Assembly: GCA_963789265.1 (NCBI GenBank)
Contig: CAWBKB010000003.1
Coordinates: forward strand, 800,001 to 864,000
Source: an uncultured delta proteobacterium
GTDB lineage: Bacteria > Desulfobacterota > Desulfomonilia > Desulfomonilales > Desulfomonilaceae
Direction of reading: 5' to 3'
Length of the DNA stretch: 64,000 nucleotides
A program made the translations under genes and the position numbers. The notes under the pieces were generated by a model. The model was not told where the DNA came from, ran no database searches, and saw only the letters and a list, made by a program, of their open reading frames with translations. Below, one piece after another: positions 11,301-23,940 of the stretch. Each line of letters opens with the position of its first letter. Within the stretch, counting starts at the first letter, position 1.

Positions 11301-12604
11301 TAAGGACAGCAGGACGATCTCTATTGAGAATGAGGAAATCGCGAAATTATCCAAAGACCGGGACGATGAAATGCGAATCGTAGAGGAGGGGGCTAGAGAG
11401 CGAATTCGCAGCATGCTGCGCGGCAAAGTCGCATCGTCCGCTCTGACCGACCCCTCCAAGAGCCGCACTTACCTTAAGAAAGGCGAGGCCGTTGGTGACG
11501 CGGTCATGGACATTGTCCCGCTGGAACTGCTTCGCGAGCTCTCCTTGAAAGGGGACACGACCACAGAGGACGAAGTGGTACGCATACTTGAGCGTTTGAG
11601 CGACCAGAAGCATTTTTGGAAGATGCACTACGACGAGAGGATCAGCCGTCTAAAGAAAGGAGACGAGCTGCCGCCTGGAGTCATTAAACTGGTTAAAGTC
11701 TACATTGCCATAAAGCGCAAGCTCTCAGTTGGCGACAAAATGGCCGGTCGTCACGGCAACAAAGGCGTTCTTTCCCGTGTCTTACCTGAAGAGGACATGC
11801 CTTACTTCGAGGACGGCACCCCTGTCGAGATAGTTCTCAACCCGCTTGGCGTGCCTTCCCGAATGAACGTTGGTCAGATCCTGGAAACTCATCTCGGTTG
11901 GGCGGCTCGCGGATTGGGCGAGGCCATCAACAAGATGATGGAGGAGAAACTTCTCAGTGGACAAGCTTCGGAACAAGCTCATCGAGATTTTCAATCCGGA
12001 AGAACCCGAAAGGAGAGCCAAGATCAGGGCAATCATCAAGGAAATGGACGACGATCAGGTGAAACGGTTTGTTGCTTCGTTATCAGATGGAGTTCCCATA
12101 TCCACTCCTGTCTTTGACGGCGCCCGGGAAACGGAAATCAAGGCCATGTTGGAAAGCGCCGATCTTCCCTCGAAGGGCCAAACCCAACTCTACGATGGCC
12201 GAACCGGAGACCCGTTCGACACGCAAGTCACTGTCGGAGTGATCTATATGATGAAACTCCATCACCTGGTGGACGACAAGATTCATGCCCGGGCCATTGG
12301 GCCTTACTCACTGGTGACTCAGCAACCGCTGGGCGGCAAAGCCCAATTCGGGGGCCAGAGGCTTGGCGAAATGGAAGTATGGGCCATGGAGTCTTATGGA
12401 GCAGCGTACTCACTACAGGAGTTTCTTACTGTGAAATCAGACGATGTCACGGGTCGTACTCGGATGTACAAAAGCATCGTAAAAGGAACCAACACGCTCG
12501 AACCCGGCCTACCGGAATCTTTCAACGTCCTGGTCAAGGAGATCAAATCTCTGGGTCTTGACATGGAACTGTTGGAGAGCGAACCGGCAGTCGGTCGATC
12601 ATAA
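8364..12604 (+). CDS. rpoB: RNA polymerase beta subunit (split into three ORFs by +1 insertions at ~9636 and ~11948)
   Basis: Consecutive ORFs carry [28 protein letters not shown] and [12 protein letters not shown] in order. Confidence 0.97.
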
Positions 12605-12693
12605 CGCAGTCCCGAGTCTCTCTTCGAGAGAGATCGGGATGATCCCTCAAAGCACGGGGTCCACCCGGCTTATCCTGTTCAGGAGGGGAAACC

Positions 12694-15600
12694 TTGGAAG
12701 AAATCTATTATAGCTTTTTTGAGAAACCTAAGGATCCATTAAACTTCAACGCCGTAAGAATCTCCTTGGCATCGCCGGAGAAGATCCGGTCCTGGTCGCA
12801 CGGAGAGGTAAAGAAACCTGAAACAATTAATTATCGAACGTTCAAACCTGAAAGGGACGGACTGTTCTGTGCGAAGATATTCGGCCCGGTGAAAGATTAC
12901 GAGTGCAACTGCGGGAAATACAAACGCATGAAGCACCGAGGGACCATCTGTGAAAAGTGTGGGGTGGAAGTAATTCAGTCAAAAGTCCGTCGGGAACGCA
13001 TGGGCCATATGAAACTGGCCACTCCCGTTGCCCATATCTGGTTTCTGAAGAGCCTACCCAGCCGGATAGGCACTCTACTGGATCTCACCCTAAAGGAAGT
13101 GGAAAGGGTCCTATATTTTGAATCCTTTCTGGTCATATCCCCTGGGAAGACCAATTTGGAACCCGGAACGCTTATCAACGAGGAAAAGTACCGGCAGACG
13201 ATGGAAGAGTACGGACCCGGGTCTTTCGAGGCGCGCATGGGTGGCGAAGCTGTTCGTGACATGCTCGAAAAACTGGACCTCGTCACGGAAAGCATCAAGC
13301 TCAGAGAGGATATGAAGGATTCCACTTCCGAGGCTAAACGCAAAAAGCTGGCAAAGCGACTCAGGGTTTTGGAATCGCTGAAGGGAATTGATCCGGAATC
13401 TCTGGTGAATGATCTCACGGCCCTCTATCAAGAAGTGGATCCTGATGATGAAATGGGTCGCTTCCTGGATGAAGTGATCCAGAATGCCCGCACAATTCAG
13501 GTGAAATGGGAAGAGACCGACGTATGGGAAGCACGCAAGGTGCTTGCGTACGTAGAAATCAACAACATAGTCGATCGCCTGATCAGGTCTCGTGTAATTC
13601 GACCGGCGGACCTGGGCAAATTCCGGCAGTGGCAGAACCCGGCGTGGATGATTCTGACTACCGTGCCGGTTATTCCGCCCGACTTACGGCCGTTGGTTCC
13701 GCTTGACGGCGGTCGGTTTGCTACATCGGACCTTAATGACTTGTACCGGCGAGTGATAAACAGGAATAACAGGCTAAAGCGGCTTAAGGAACTCAATGCA
13801 CCTGAGATCATTCTTCGCAATGAAAAGAGAATGCTTCAGGAAGCGGTGGACGTCCTTTTTGACAACGGAAGGCGGGGGCGTGTCATCACCGGTCCTAACA
13901 AGCGTCCTCTCAAATCACTTTCCGATATGCTGAAAGGCAAGCAAGGACGGTTCCGCCAGAACCTGCTCGGAAAAAGGGTAGATTATTCCGGTCGTTCGGT
14001 GATCGTCGTTGGACCTGATCTACGCCTCCATCAATGCGGTTTGCCTAAAAGAATGGCTCTTGAGCTATTCAAGCCCTTCATCTACAGCAAATTGGAAGAG
14101 CGAGGCTACGTAACTACCATCAAGAGTGCCAAGAAACTCGTGGAAAAGGAAACCCCCGAAGTCTGGGATATCTTGGAAGACGTGGTGAAAGAATACCCGG
14201 TGCTTCTCAACCGGGCTCCTACTCTTCACAGACTGGGAATTCAAGCCTTCGAGCCGGTGCTCATAGAAGGGAAAGCCATTCAACTTCATCCTCTTGTCTG
14301 CACCGCTTTCAACGCAGACTTCGATGGAGACCAAATGGCTGTGCATATCCCTCTCTCCATCGAGGCACAGGTGGAAGCTCGAGTGCTCATGATGAGTACC
14401 AACAATATTTTATCACCGGCCCACGGCAAGCCGATTATCGTTCCCACCCAGGATATAGTGCTGGGCCTCTATTATCTGACGAGAGAGTCTGTTGATCCGG
14501 AACTTGAAGGGAAGATCCGCGTATTCGCCGACACTTCGGAAGTGCGTGTCGCATACGATGCAGGAGTGGTCGACCTTCACGAAAGAATTATTCTTCGCGA
14601 TAACGAAGAGAAGATCCCGACCACAGTAGGTCGAATCCTTCTTCGTGAGATTGTTCCGGCGGAAATTCCGTTTGGCGTCATCAACAGGGTGATGAAAAAG
14701 AAGGAACTGGCCAATCTTATCGACGAAGCTTATCGCAGGTGCGGCGACAAGAAAACAGTCATTCTCGCCGACCAGCTCAAAGATCTCGGGTACGCATATG
14801 CCACAAAGGCCGGGCTATCCATCTGCGTGGATGACATGGTAGTACCCGAGTCCAAAAAGGAGATACTCAATAAGGCTCGAGAAGAGGTCTTAGAAATTCA
14901 AAATCAATATAAGGAAGGCCTCATCACGGACGGCGAACGTTACAACAAAGTGATCGACATCTGGGCAAGGGCCAACGAGGACATTTCCGAAAGGATGATG
15001 AGCGGCCTGAGGACCATGACCATAAAGTTGCAAGACGGCGCGGAGAAGAAAGTCGAAAGCTTCAACCCAATCTATATGATGGCTGACTCCGGCGCGCGAG
15101 GCAGCACTCAGCAGATCCGTCAGTTGGCGGGCATGCGCGGTCTCATGGCCAAACCCACCGGAGAAATAATTGAAACACCCATTGAGGCTAATTTCCGTGA
15201 GGGCCTCACGGTGCTGCAGTACTTTATCTCCACTCACGGAGCTCGAAAAGGTCTCGCGGATACCGCTCTGAAGACAGCGAACTCCGGTTACCTTACCCGA
15301 CGATTGGTGGATGTCGCTCAGGACGCCATTATCTCGGAGGTTGACTGTGGCACTTTGGACGGCATAGAAATGGCGTCCCTCGAAGAGGGAGGCGAGATTA
15401 TCGAGCATGTTGCAGATCGAATCCTGGGCCGAGTGGTTCTCGAAGATATCGAACATCCGTTCACGGGCGAGATTATCGTTCGGGCCAATGAAGAGATCAC
15501 CGAAGATCACAGAGAAAAAATACAGGACGCGGGTATAGACCGCGTCAAGATCCGATCGGTGCTCACATGCCAGTCTCGTCGGGGAGTCTGCGGCCTTTGC

Positions 15601-17629
15601 TACGGTCGCGACCTCGCTCACGGCCGGATGGTCAACATAGGCGAAGCTGTAGGCATCATTGCAGCTCAATCTATTGGAGAACCTGGAACTCAGCTCACCA
15701 TGCGGACATTCCATATCGGCGGGACAGCGTCTCTCAAACGCAACATTATCTCTGCACGCAAGCGTGGCAAAGTCTCCTTTGAGAAAGAGAAGGACAAGGT
15801 CAAGGCCATCATAGTCTCAGAGGAATTTTCCATCGACGAGTCCGAAGTGGATAAATGGCTGACTGAAAACGGCCAAACTCTGCGTGAAAACTCGTTCCTC
15901 TACGAAGGGCCGAACCACAAAGTGCACGAATCCGAACGGCTGGGGGGTAAGATCGAGATCTCTCTGGACAGGAAATCTTTTACTGTCCAGGACGAAGAAG
16001 GGATCAAGCACCAGTTCGTAATCCCCGGGGACGGCCGGTTCGTCGTCAGGCATGGGGAGAGGCTGTCGCCCTACACTTTCATCTATGAAACGGCTCAAGG
16101 TACGCCCCGCATGACCGAAGCAGAAAAACGCGGCGGCATCTTCCAACTGAGAGGCGCTAAAGGTAAAACTGCGCGCATCCGACTGTACGAGCGATATCCC
16201 GTAATGGACTACATGAATGTGAAAGTTCAGGACGGTGATCGAATCGAGTCCGAAGGACAGGTCCTGTTGGAATGGTTGGGATCGGGCTCTTCGGAGCTCT
16301 TCTCACGCAATGAAGGACGCGTCCGGTTCATTGATCTTAAGACCGTCACCAATAGGGACGGCGAACTGGTGGTGATGAACCGAAACGGCTCCATTGCCGT
16401 CACCGATGAGAAAGGACGGGAAAGAGAGCGTAACAAGGTTATTTATGGAGCCCGTCTGAGAGTGTCGGACAAGGAAACCGTGAACCGGGAGACACTGCTT
16501 GCGGAATGGGATCCCTACACCATCCCTATTATCACGGATGTCTCGGGCAAGGTGAAGTTTGGGGACGTGATCGAAGGCCTCACCATGAATGAACAGGTGG
16601 ACGAAGTCACTGGTCTGTCCCGAAAGGTTATCGTCGAATACAAGGACAAAGATACTGAGATCAGACCCAGGGTGTCGATTAAAGACGAGCACGGTAAAAC
16701 CATCAAAGTAGGTGACTCCGAAGCCCGGTATCTCCTCCCTGTGGGCGCGAACATCATGATCAAAGAGGGCGAAGACGTTCACGCGGGCGATGTCATTGCC
16801 AAGATCCCTCGAGAGACTACCAAGACCAAAGATATTACCGGAGGTCTCCCACGTGTTGCCGAACTGTTCGAGGCGCGCAAACCTAAAGAGTTTGCCATCA
16901 TCTCGGAAATTGACGGGCTGGTGAGCTTCGGCAAGGACACAAAAGGCAAACGTAAGGTGATCGTGACCCCTGAAGTGGGCGAGCCCAAGGAATATCTTAT
17001 TCCCAAAGGCAAGCATATTTCAGTGCACTCGGGTGATTGGGTGCAGGCCGGGGAAGCTCTCATGGAGGGCTCCACCAATCCCCACGATCTGCTCGGAATC
17101 AAGGGCGAGAAAGATCTGGCAAAGTACCTCGTGGACGAAGTGCAGGAGGTCTATCGGCTCCAGGGAGTCAAGATCAATGATAAACACATTGAAGTAATTG
17201 TCAGACAGATGCTGCGACGGGTTCGTGTAAAGGAGGTTGGGGACACGGACTTCCTTGTGGGCGAACAGATCGAGCGATCCGTCTTCCAAGAAGAGAATAA
17301 CCGCGTAATGGACGCCGGTGGTACTCCCGCGGTTGGTGAACCCCTGCTCCTCGGGATCACCAAAGCGTCCCTCTCGACAGATTCCTTTATCAGCGCGGCG
17401 AGTTTTCAGGAGACGACCAAGGTCCTCACTGAAGCGTCTATTTGCGGAAAAATAGACCATTTGCGGGGCTTGAAAGAGAAACGTGATAATGGGAAGACTC
17501 ATCCCCGCGGGTACCGGCTTGGCCAGGTACAAGAATCTCAGGCTGGACCACGAGGGAACGCCGGAGGCAGTCCGCCCCGGCCGTCAGGAACGACGGCAAG
17601 CGGGGGAGAGTATTCAAGATATTGCTTGA
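12694..17629 (+). CDS. rpoC: RNA polymerase beta' subunit, about 1645 aa, with lineage-specific insertions (+1 insertion at ~17480 shifts the C-terminus)
   Basis: [12 protein letters not shown] catalytic motif, zinc-binding cysteines, TMRTFH; removing one A restores [17 protein letters not shown], stop at 17627-29. Confidence 0.97.
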
Positions 17630-17787
17630 ATAGGGGAAGGTGATTCGATTTAAGACGAGCCTTCGCGATTGACCGCCCCTGCTGTGAGGACCGCATGCCG
17701 GGGCCTTGCGGACTTGAAGAGATGATCCATTCTTCGGTTGAGTAAGGCAGGGGCCTGAATTCTTTAGAAAAGGATTTATTGCCGTCA

Positions 17788-17821
17788 GGGGCCGGAAATC
17801 TTCTTTTCGGCCTTTCCTTTT
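17788..17821 (+). terminator. Probable intrinsic terminator after rpoC
   Basis: GGCCGGAAA...TTTTCGGCC hairpin followed by TTTCCTTTT. Confidence 0.55.
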
Positions 17822-17834
17822 GATGAAAAAGGGG

Positions 17835-17864
17835 TTGACAATCGCGTGACAATCTGAGCATATT
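17835..17864 (+). promoter_or_regulatory. Putative sigma70 promoter of the str operon
   Basis: TTGACA, 18-bp spacer, CATATT upstream of the rpsL RBS GGAGG. Confidence 0.5.
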
Positions 17865-17894
17865 ACCGGGATACATATTTGGAGGTTAAGGCGA

Positions 17895-18266
17895 ATGCCG
17901 ACGATTAACCAGCTGGTCAGAAAAGGACGAACGCGGCCCAGGAAAAAAACCTCGGCCCCTGCACTGACCAACTGCCCCCAACGCCGGGGAGTCTGTGTGA
18001 GGGTCTATACTACGACGCCCAAGAAGCCGAACTCCGCGTTGAGGAAGGTCGCCAGAGTCCGTCTCACCAATGGGTACGAAGTCACCTCCTATATCCCCGG
18101 TATCGGTCACAATCTGCAGGAGCACTCGGTTGTCCTCATCCGAGGCGGGCGCGTCAAGGACTTGCCCGGTGTACGTTACCATATTATCAGGGGTGCTCAG
18201 GACGCGTTCGGTGTACAAGACCGAAAACAGGGGAGATCAAAATACGGAACAAAAAGGCCCAAATAA
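17895..18266 (+). CDS. rpsL: 30S ribosomal protein S12
   Basis: [30 protein letters not shown]. Confidence 0.99.
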   Translation: MPTINQLVRKGRTRPRKKTSAPALTNCPQRRGVCVRVYTTTPKKPNSALRKVARVRLTNGYEVTSYIPGIGHNLQEHSVVLIRGGRVKDLPGVRYHIIRGAQDAFGVQDRKQGRSKYGTKRPK

Positions 18267-18556
18267 TTCTGCCTGATTCGGCGGTTCGGGGCGTCCCGAA
18301 AATATGGAGTGAATGATCCGCAGGAAACGCGCTGACTGGTGAATCGCTAAACGATCAGGAGACTATTCTTCACGGGTCCGGGTAAACCGTCGAATACGAC
18401 GGGGTAGGTTTAGAAGGGGCAATTCAAAGGTTCAACAGCGGAGGAGATTTCGCTGAAGCCTTCTGGACCTTTCCAACCTGGAAGCTGCCCGGTGCAGCAC
18501 GTTCTGAAGACTGCTACAAACTAGACGGCGCAGGCCCCAAACTGGAGCGAAGTGCA

Positions 18557-19027
18557 ATGCCGAGAAAAGGGAAAGTCCCGAAGAGGGACATATTGCCCGA
18601 TCCGAAATACCACAGCAAGCTTGTTGCGAAGTTCATTCATGGCATCATGTGGGACGGCAAGAAGTCTATTGCCGAAGGTATTTTCTACGATTGTTTCGAA
18701 ATCATGGGAAAAAGGACGAACGAAGACCCCCTCAGGTTGTTCGAAAAAGCCGTGGAGAATGTCAAACCCGTGCTGGAGGTCCGTTCCAGGCGGGTGGGCG
18801 GAAGCACATATCAGGTGCCTGTGGAAATTCGTCCGGAGAGAAGGCAAGCCCTGGCAATCCGCTGGCTTATACAATACTCCCGCGGACGTGGTGAACATAG
18901 CATGAAGGAGAAACTCGCTGCAGAGCTTCTCGACGCAGCCTCCAACAAGGGTAGCGCGGTCAAAAAGAAGGAGGACACCCACAAAATGGCCGAAGCCAAC
19001 AAAGCATTCGCCCATTACAGGTGGTAG
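18557..19027 (+). CDS. rpsG: 30S ribosomal protein S7
   Basis: [27 protein letters not shown]. Confidence 0.99.
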   Translation: MPRKGKVPKRDILPDPKYHSKLVAKFIHGIMWDGKKSIAEGIFYDCFEIMGKRTNEDPLRLFEKAVENVKPVLEVRSRRVGGSTYQVPVEIRPERRQALAIRWLIQYSRGRGEHSMKEKLAAELLDAASNKGSAVKKKEDTHKMAEANKAFAHYRW

Positions 19028-19050
19028 TGATCCCGGGAAGACCGAACCCC

Positions 19051-21150
19051 ATGAAAGGAGACTCTCTAACTAGGACCCGAAATATCGGGATTATGGCCCA
19101 TATTGATGCGGGAAAGACGACCACAACGGAGCGTATTTTATATTATACGGGTGTTTCCCATCGAATGGGCGAAGTGCATGACGGCAATGCAGTCATGGAT
19201 TGGATGGAACAGGAGCAGGAACGGGGAATTACAATTACTTCCGCTGCCACCGCGTGCCAGTGGAAAAAACACAGGATCAACATAATCGACACACCCGGGC
19301 ACGTAGACTTCACTATCGAAGTGGAGCGGTCTTTACGGGTGCTGGATGGCGCGGTCGCCCTCTTTTGTGCCGTGGGCGGGGTTGAACCCCAATCGGAAAC
19401 GGTCTGGAAGCAGGCTGAACGGTATCGCATCCCCAGGATCGCTTTTATCAATAAAATGGACCGCTCGGGCGCGGATTATTTGAGAGTCGTCGAAATGATG
19501 AAAACCAGACTAATGACCAACCCCATTTTGCTTCAGATCCCGGTCGGATCCGAACAGACGTTTGGCGGGGTTATCGACCTCATCGCCATGAAGCGCATTC
19601 TCTTCGACGATGAATCTGCGGGCATGAATTTCGAAGTCCTGGATATACCGCCTGAGCACTACGAGAAAGCTGTTGAAGCAAGACAACAGATGCTCGAGAG
19701 CGTCTGCGAACTCGATGACGAACTTCTCGAACGTTATCTGGAAGGGGACACTGACATTCCCTCCGACCTGATTTACCAGACGCTTCGCGAGGGCACGCTG
19801 AATCTGAGGGTCACTCCGGTTCTCATGGGTACTGCATTCAAAAACCAGGGTATACAGCAACTTCTTGATGCTGTGGTCGATTTTCTCCCCTCCCCTCTCG
19901 ATATCCCGCCTGTCCAAGGAAAGGATGCGAAGGGACAAACTGTGACCAGACCGGTTGACGGACCGTTCTCTGCCTTGGCTTTTAAAGTGATGAACGACCC
20001 CTATACAGGGAACCTCACCTTCTTCAGGGTCTATTCCGGCAGTCTCACATCTGGATCGGCTGTGTTCAACGTCAACAACGATAAGAAAGAACGAATCGGT
20101 CGCTTGCTTAAAATGCATGCCAATCAGCGGGAAGAAGTAAAAGAAGCCCGCGCCGGGGACATAATTGCCGCGGTGGGACTCAAATATACGCGAACAGGCG
20201 ACACACTGTCTGACGAAAATCACCCTCTGCTCCTCGAATCAATGGAATTCCCCGAACCGGTGATTTCTGTGGCCCTTGAGCCCAAATCCCCTGACGAAGT
20301 GGAAAAGTTGTCCAGGGCTCTCGGCAGATTGTTGCGGGAAGACCCTTCGCTTAAGGTCAAAGTGGACCGCGAAACAGGCCAGACAATATTGTCCGGAATG
20401 GGTGAGCTTCACCTGGAAATAGTGGTGGACCGGCTCCTCAGAGAGTTTCAGGTCGAAGCTTCGGTTGGAGAACCTCAGGTGGCCTTCCGTGAAACTCTCA
20501 GCCGGCCTGTAAAAATTCATTATCGCCACGTCAAACAGACCGGAGGAAAAGGTCAGTTTGCCGAGGTGGTCCTCGAAGTGAAGCCGGCAGAACGTGGCAG
20601 CGGTCTGGAGTTCATTGATAAAATAACCGGGGGAGCTATTCCCAAAGAATTCATAAAGCCTGTAGAGGCCGGCGTGCGGCGTGCAATGGAGGCCGGCGTG
20701 TTGTCGGGATACCCTGTCGTCGACATTAAGGTGACCCTGGCGGACGGCAAGTATCATGAGGTTGACTCATCAGAAATGGCCTTCAAGATGGCCGGATTTA
20801 TGGCTTTCAAACAGGCCTGCGGCAAAGGTGGGAGTATTCTTCTCGAGCCCATCATGGACGTCGAGGTCGTCGCCCCGGGTGAATTCTTGGGTGACGTACT
20901 GGGCGACCTGACGGCAAGGCGTGGAAAAATCCTCGGCATGGAAAGCCACTTGGGGACCCAAACCGTGGGAGTCAGGGTGCCTCTGGCGAGAATGTTCGGA
21001 TATGCCACTGATTTGAGGAGCTTAACACAGGGCCGCGCTACCTTTACTATGCGATTTTCTCATTATGAACCGGCACCGCAATCTGTTACCGAAAAAGTCG
21101 TTGCCGGATTCAAGCAATCTGGAGGAGCCCATGGGCAAGGCGAAATTTGA
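19051..21150 (+). CDS. fusA: Elongation factor G
   Basis: [44 protein letters not shown]. Confidence 0.98.
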   Translation: MKGDSLTRTRNIGIMAHIDAGKTTTTERILYYTGVSHRMGEVHDGNAVMDWMEQEQERGITITSAATACQWKKHRINIIDTPGHVDFTIEVERSLRVLDGAVALFCAVGGVEPQSETVWKQAERYRIPRIAFINKMDRSGADYLRVVEMMKTRLMTNPILLQIPVGSEQTFGGVIDLIAMKRILFDDESAGMNFEVLDIPPEHYEKAVEARQQMLESVCELDDELLERYLEGDTDIPSDLIYQTLREGTLNLRVTPVLMGTAFKNQGIQQLLDAVVDFLPSPLDIPPVQGKDAKGQTVTRPVDGPFSALAFKVMNDPYTGNLTFFRVYSGSLTSGSAVFNVNNDKKERIGRLLKMHANQREEVKEARAGDIIAAVGLKYTRTGDTLSDENHPLLLESMEFPEPVISVALEPKSPDEVEKLSRALGRLLREDPSLKVKVDRETGQTILSGMGELHLEIVVDRLLREFQVEASVGEPQVAFRETLSRPVKIHYRHVKQTGGKGQFAEVVLEVKPAERGSGLEFIDKITGGAIPKEFIKPVEAGVRRAMEAGVLSGYPVVDIKVTLADGKYHEVDSSEMAFKMAGFMAFKQACGKGGSILLEPIMDVEVVAPGEFLGDVLGDLTARRGKILGMESHLGTQTVGVRVPLARMFGYATDLRSLTQGRATFTMRFSHYEPAPQSVTEKVVAGFKQSGGAHGQGEI

Positions 21151-22324
21151 GCGAACCAAGCCTCACGTGAATGTTGGGACGATAGGTCACATAGATCACG
21201 GTAAGACGACGCTGACTGCGGCGATCACGCGGATACTGTCGAAGAAGGGAATGGCGGAGTATGTACCGTTTGAGGAGATAGACAAGGCGCCCGAGGAGAA
21301 GGAGCGCGGTATCACCATAGCCACGGCGCATGTGGAATATCAGACGGACAAGCGTCATTATGCGCACGTGGACTGTCCGGGTCATGCCGATTACATCAAG
21401 AATATGATAACCGGTGCGGCCCAGATGGACGGGGCAATACTGGTGGTGGGGGCCAATGACGGTCCGATGCCTCAGACTAGAGAGCATATACTCCTGGCTC
21501 GGCAGGTAGGGGTTCCGTATATAGTGGTCTTTTTGAACAAGACGGACATGGTGGACGATCCGGAGCTGATCGAGTTGGTGGAGCTTGAGCTTCGCGAGCT
21601 GTTGAGCTCTTATGAATTTCCCGGTGACGACATACCCATTGTAAAGGGTAGTGCGCTCAAGGCCTTGGAGGCCGGGGATCCTTCCCATCCCGATGCCAAG
21701 TGCATACTTGAGCTCATGGATGCGGTGGATTCTTATGTTCCGGTCCCTGTACGGGAGACGGACAAGCCTTTCTTGATGCCGGTGGAGGATGTGTTCAGCA
21801 TATCGGGTCGAGGTACAGTGGTGACCGGTAGAGTGGAGCGGGGTCGAATAAAGGTGAATGAAGAGGTGGAGATAGTCGGGATACGCGAGACTCGCAAGAC
21901 GGTCTGTACCGGAGTGGAGATGTTTCGCAAGGTGCTGGATTCGGGTGAGGCCGGAGACAATGTGGGGCTTCTGCTTCGCGGCATAAAGCGCGACGAGGTG
22001 GAGCGCGGTCAGGTAGTGGCCCATCCCGGCTCGATTACCCCTCATACGAAGTTCAAGGCCGAGACGTACATCCTGGCCAAGGAGGAAGGCGGTCGGCACA
22101 CGCCGTTCTTCAACGGGTACCGTCCCCAGTTCTATTTCCGGACCACAGACGTGACCGGTGTGATAACGCTCCCGGAAGGAGTGGAGATGGTGATGCCGGG
22201 GGACAATGTCTCTCTGGAGGGTCATCTGATCACCCCCATTGCCATGGAAGAGGGCCTGCGCTTTGCCATCAGAGAAGGGGGCAGGACCGTGGGCGCAGGG
22301 GTGGTCTCGCAGATCATCGAATAA
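21131..22324 (+). CDS. tuf: Elongation factor Tu, copy 2 (intact, 397 aa)
   Basis: [29 protein letters not shown]. Confidence 0.99.
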   Translation: MGKAKFERTKPHVNVGTIGHIDHGKTTLTAAITRILSKKGMAEYVPFEEIDKAPEEKERGITIATAHVEYQTDKRHYAHVDCPGHADYIKNMITGAAQMDGAILVVGANDGPMPQTREHILLARQVGVPYIVVFLNKTDMVDDPELIELVELELRELLSSYEFPGDDIPIVKGSALKALEAGDPSHPDAKCILELMDAVDSYVPVPVRETDKPFLMPVEDVFSISGRGTVVTGRVERGRIKVNEEVEIVGIRETRKTVCTGVEMFRKVLDSGEAGDNVGLLLRGIKRDEVERGQVVAHPGSITPHTKFKAETYILAKEEGGRHTPFFNGYRPQFYFRTTDVTGVITLPEGVEMVMPGDNVSLEGHLITPIAMEEGLRFAIREGGRTVGAGVVSQIIE

Positions 22325-22365
22325 CCAATACCGGACTCGTCGCAGCATAGCGTGAGGCATTGAGT

Positions 22366-22680
22366 ATGGACATGCAAACTCTCAAAATTAGAATCAGGCT
22401 GAAAGCCTACGATCACAAGCTCCTGGACCAATCGGCAGCGGAGATAGTTGACACAGCCTGGCGAACCGGGGCAAAGGTTGCCGGACCGATACCTCTCCCC
22501 ACGAGGATTCACAAGTACACTGTGTTGCGATCTCCTCATATCGACAAGAAATCCCGTGAACAGTTCGAGATAAGGGTTCACAAGCGGTTGCTGGATATTC
22601 TTGAACCAACTCAGCAAACGTTGGACGCTTTGATGAAATTGGACCTGTCGCCGGGTGTAGACGTCGAGATAAAGGCTTAA
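22366..22680 (+). CDS. rpsJ: 30S ribosomal protein S10
   Basis: [23 protein letters not shown]. Confidence 0.98.
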   Translation: MDMQTLKIRIRLKAYDHKLLDQSAAEIVDTAWRTGAKVAGPIPLPTRIHKYTVLRSPHIDKKSREQFEIRVHKRLLDILEPTQQTLDALMKLDLSPGVDVEIKA

Positions 22681-22708
22681 GGACCGCCGGATAGGTAAGG
22701 GGCTGCAC

Positions 22709-23314
22709 ATGATTCAGGGAATGATCGGCAAAAAACTAGGGATGGTCCAGCTCTTCGATGAAGAGGGCCACGCCATGGGGGTCACTGTGGTGGAGGCAGG
22801 TCCGTGCACGGTGATCCAGAAGAGAGGTGATTCCAAGTTTCAAGTGGGGTACTCCCCTGCAAAGGAACATAAAGTCTCCAAGCCTCTTCTCGGCCAATTC
22901 CGAAAGGCGGGCACCACCCCATTCAAAATATTGAAGGAATTCCCTGCGGATGATGCGGATTCCATAGAAATCGGGCAGCAATTCAGGGCGGATATCTTCA
23001 ACACCGGGGATACCGTAAAGGTTACGGGTACCGGAAAAGGCAAAGGATTTGCCGGCGTGCTCAAAAAGTGGAATTTCGGAGGAGGACGGGAAACTCACGG
23101 TTCTCGGTCACATCGAATTCCCGGATCGGTCGGACAATGCGCTTGGCCCTCACGGATTTTTAAAGGAAAGAAAATGCCTGGCAGATTGGGCGGTGGCCAG
23201 GTGACTGCGCCTAAGGTCAAAGTTGTGGAAGTGCGGCCTGATGAAAATCTGATCTTTCTGAAAGGTCCCGTTCCTGGAGCCAGAGGGGCCATCATCGTGA
23301 TAAGGAAAAGCTGA
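22709..23314 (+). CDS. rplC: 50S ribosomal protein L3
   Basis: GKKLGM, KGKGFAG, HGSRSHRIPGS. Confidence 0.98.
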   Translation: MIQGMIGKKLGMVQLFDEEGHAMGVTVVEAGPCTVIQKRGDSKFQVGYSPAKEHKVSKPLLGQFRKAGTTPFKILKEFPADDADSIEIGQQFRADIFNTGDTVKVTGTGKGKGFAGVLKKWNFGGGRETHGSRSHRIPGSVGQCAWPSRIFKGKKMPGRLGGGQVTAPKVKVVEVRPDENLIFLKGPVPGARGAIIVIRKS

Positions 23315-23940
23315 TGCCCTTGGTAGATGTGATCAACCAAAAAGGGGAAAAGGTCAACTCCATCGAATTGGATGAGACCGTGTTCAACGCGGACATCCGG
23401 GACGCCCTGGTTCAGAGGGTGGTGGTTTGGCAATTGGCGAAACGCCGGGGCGGCACCGCCTCCACGAAGACCAGAGGAGAGATAAGGGGAGGCGGCAAAA
23501 AGCCTTGGCGGCAAAAGGGTACCGGGCGGGCAAGGGCAGGCACAAACCGGTCCCCCATTTGGACCGGAGGCGGAACGACCTTCGGCCCTAAGCCTCGCTC
23601 CTACGCTTTCTCCCTACCCAAGAAAGTCCGAAAAGCTGCCCTCAGGTCGGCCCTTAGCTCCAAGCTTAAAGACGACCGACTCACTATCGTGGACAAAATC
23701 GAACTTGAAGCCCCCAAGACAAGGCTCTTCGTTGAAACCATGAAGACGATGGGCTTGGAAACTGAAAAGACTCTGTTTGTAACCGCCCATAAAGACGAGG
23801 CATTGCAGCGGTCATCCCGGAACCTCTATCGGGTGTTGGTGCTCCCGACAGAGGGGCTCAACGTCTACGACCTGCTTCGCTTCGACCGGCTTGTGGTCCT
23901 CGAAGCTGCGGTTCCAAGAATCCATGAGAGGTTGGGCTGA
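23314..23940 (+). CDS. rplD: 50S ribosomal protein L4
   Basis: KPWRQKGTGRARAG, FGPKPR. Confidence 0.98.
   Translation: MPLVDVINQKGEKVNSIELDETVFNADIRDALVQRVVVWQLAKRRGGTASTKTRGEIRGGGKKPWRQKGTGRARAGTNRSPIWTGGGTTFGPKPRSYAFSLPKKVRKAALRSALSSKLKDDRLTIVDKIELEAPKTRLFVETMKTMGLETEKTLFVTAHKDEALQRSSRNLYRVLVLPTEGLNVYDLLRFDRLVVLEAAVPRIHERLG

Noticed and set aside
15733..16278. Intein in RpoC
   Set aside because: No C-terminal His-Asn followed by Cys/Ser/Thr and no LAGLIDADG motif seen; the segment looks like SBHM repeats
8364..17629. rpoB, rpoC (and secY, rpsD, rplR, adk) as split genes, pseudogenes or programmed frameshifts
   Set aside because: All are essential genes, each repaired by deleting one base, with no slippery sites or other decay; best explained as sequencing errors
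21110..22360. 416-aa antisense ORF over tuf
   Set aside because: Shadow ORF produced by codon bias of a highly expressed gene; no recognisable protein features
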